A stretch of 30,543 nt of DNA, taken from the IMG/VR virus record IMGVR_UViG_3300010970_000074; one strand, 5' to 3'. The notes under the pieces are model-generated. The model saw only the letters and a list, made by a program, of their open reading frames with translations, searched no databases and was not told the origin of the DNA. A program made the position numbers and the translations under genes. This document shows, piece after piece, positions 29,344 to 30,543 of this stretch. Origin of the DNA: a virus. The first letter of the stretch is position 1; the number at the start of each line of letters is the position of its first letter.

Positions 29344-30481
29344 TGCCACACCTGTATTCTTTGCCAACAAAAAAGCATACGAAAGCACTTATCCTGTCAT
29401 TTGTAATGAAGGTGGCACAAGAAGTTCAAAGAGTTATTCCATTGTTCAGTTATTAATTGAAATAGCCTACAACAATCCAAAGACAAGGATTTCAATAGTA
29501 TCTCATTCCCTTCCCCATATTAAGCGTGGTGTTTATAGGGATTTTAAAAGCATAATGGAGAATTGGGGTTTATGGTCGGACAATGACTTTAGTTTTTCCG
29601 ATTTTATTTACACTTATCCCAATGGGTCTTACATTGAACTATTTGGATTAGAAGATGAAAGCAAGGCTAGAGGACCAGCAAGGGATATTCTATTCATTAA
29701 CGAAGCCAACTTAATCAAAAGAACTTTATACGACCAATTACTAATGCGAACCACAGGTAAGGTATTTCTAGATTGGAATCCTGCCGACTTTGTTAATTGG
29801 GTTTATGAAATAGCTGATAATCCTGAAAACAAACGCATTCATTCTACCTACCTAAACAATATCCCAAACCTATCGGAATCACAAATAAAAAACATTGAGC
29901 AATATCAAAACCTACCTGATGACTTTATGTGGAAGGTTTACGGATTAGGGCAAAGAGGTGCAGCAAAAGAATTAATCTACACCCAATGGAAACTTTACGA
30001 TACATCACCCGAAGGAGATGTATTCTATGGTCTTGACTTTGGTTATGTGCATCCAGCTGCACTTATAAAGGTTACACATCACGAAGGCGAAAACTACTTT
30101 GAGGAAATCATTTATCAAAGTGGACTTACACTATCCGACCTTACAAGATTAATAAAAGAGAAAGTACCTGAACGAGCAACCATCTACGCAGATGCAGCAG
30201 AACCAAAATCAATAGAAGAACTTTACCGACAAGGATTTAATATTAAACCTGCTCAAAAGGATGTATGGGCAGGAATTGTTAAAATGAAATCTTATCCTAT
30301 AAACATTCACTATCATAGCCAAAACCTACGCAGAGAGTTTATGTCTTACAAATGGAAAAAGGATAAAAACGATAATGTAATTGAAGAACCTGTCAAAGCA
30401 AATGATGATGCTTTAGATGCTTCAAGGTATGCAGTATTTACGCATTTAACCAAACCTAAATTTTCAGTATCGGTGTTTTAA
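29315..30481 (+). CDS. terL: Terminase large subunit (PBSX/Terminase_3-like)
   Basis: Walker A GGTRSSKS. Walker B-like ILFINEAN. Nuclease acidic residues in GLDFGY, ADAAEP and NDDALDASRYA. Confidence 0.9.
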   Translation: MTDVNQLKINATPVFFANKKAYESTYPVICNEGGTRSSKSYSIVQLLIEIAYNNPKTRISIVSHSLPHIKRGVYRDFKSIMENWGLWSDNDFSFSDFIYTYPNGSYIELFGLEDESKARGPARDILFINEANLIKRTLYDQLLMRTTGKVFLDWNPADFVNWVYEIADNPENKRIHSTYLNNIPNLSESQIKNIEQYQNLPDDFMWKVYGLGQRGAAKELIYTQWKLYDTSPEGDVFYGLDFGYVHPAALIKVTHHEGENYFEEIIYQSGLTLSDLTRLIKEKVPERATIYADAAEPKSIEELYRQGFNIKPAQKDVWAGIVKMKSYPINIHYHSQNLRREFMSYKWKKDKNDNVIEEPVKANDDALDASRYAVFTHLTKPKFSVSVF

Positions 30482-30543
30482 TTGTATATTTGTAGTGGAT
30501 GTGAGATATCCAATATTTAAACTTATTAGGCTTGATAATGATG
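30335..30543. repeat. Direct terminal repeat / assembly overlap, right copy (identical to 1..209)
   Basis: Same 209-nt string as 1..209. It covers the terL 3' end, its stop codon and the first 59 nt of element E1. Confidence 0.95.

Noticed and set aside
1-30543. CRISPR arrays, rRNA genes, transposases/IS elements and known defence or anti-defence systems
   Set aside because: No regularly spaced direct repeats, no rRNA-like sequence, no transposase-like ORF and no recognisable defence-system domain (other than the HNH, ParB-like and GIY-YIG-like domains discussed) were seen.

Overview
The window is one complete tailed dsDNA phage genome. It has 30,334 unique bp plus an exact 209-bp terminal overlap (1..209 = 30335..30543). 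It is AT-rich, tightly packed, and all but one gene is on the + strand. Gene order is: terL 3' end, HNH, portal, MuF-like head protein, HK97-type prohead protease, HK97-fold major capsid, head-tail connector set, major tail protein, G/T tail chaperone with a -1 frameshift, tape measure, and tail tip/baseplate genes interrupted by a second HNH. Next come a 1038-aa tail fibre with a C-terminal S74 intramolecular chaperone, a lysis cassette of overlapping small membrane proteins plus endolysin, a metallophosphoesterase and tandem terminators. The only minus-strand gene follows (T5orf172/GIY-YIG-like + XRE HTH regulator), facing an operator-rich switch region. Downstream are early genes: small ORFs, an RHH protein, a DnaA domain IV-like protein, a Bet/RecT annealase, a third HNH, a small protein with an SSB-tip-like C-terminus, a DUF1376 replication protein, NinG, a ParB-like nuclease, and terS/terL. 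No sheath, integrase, tRNA, CRISPR array or reverse transcriptase is visible. The tail module predicts a siphovirus-type virion. Most intergenic gaps carry the Bacteroidota -7 promoter motif TAnnTTTG and lack Shine-Dalgarno sequences, which points to a Bacteroidota (Flavobacteriia-like) host. The most unusual features are listed here. (1) Two paralogous ~100-nt promoter-leader elements with compensatory stem changes sit at two module boundaries. (2) The single minus-strand regulator cassette is bracketed by two GC-rich 29-bp hairpin elements and faces an array of palindromic operators. (3) An 11-mer is shared between the switch region and the promoter ahead of the lysis module. (4) There are three NUMOD4/HNH homing-endonuclease paralogs, one of which repeats the N-terminus of the gene it precedes. 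(5) Conserved leader and junction motifs link several small early genes. All functional calls come from motifs read by eye; no database search was possible.
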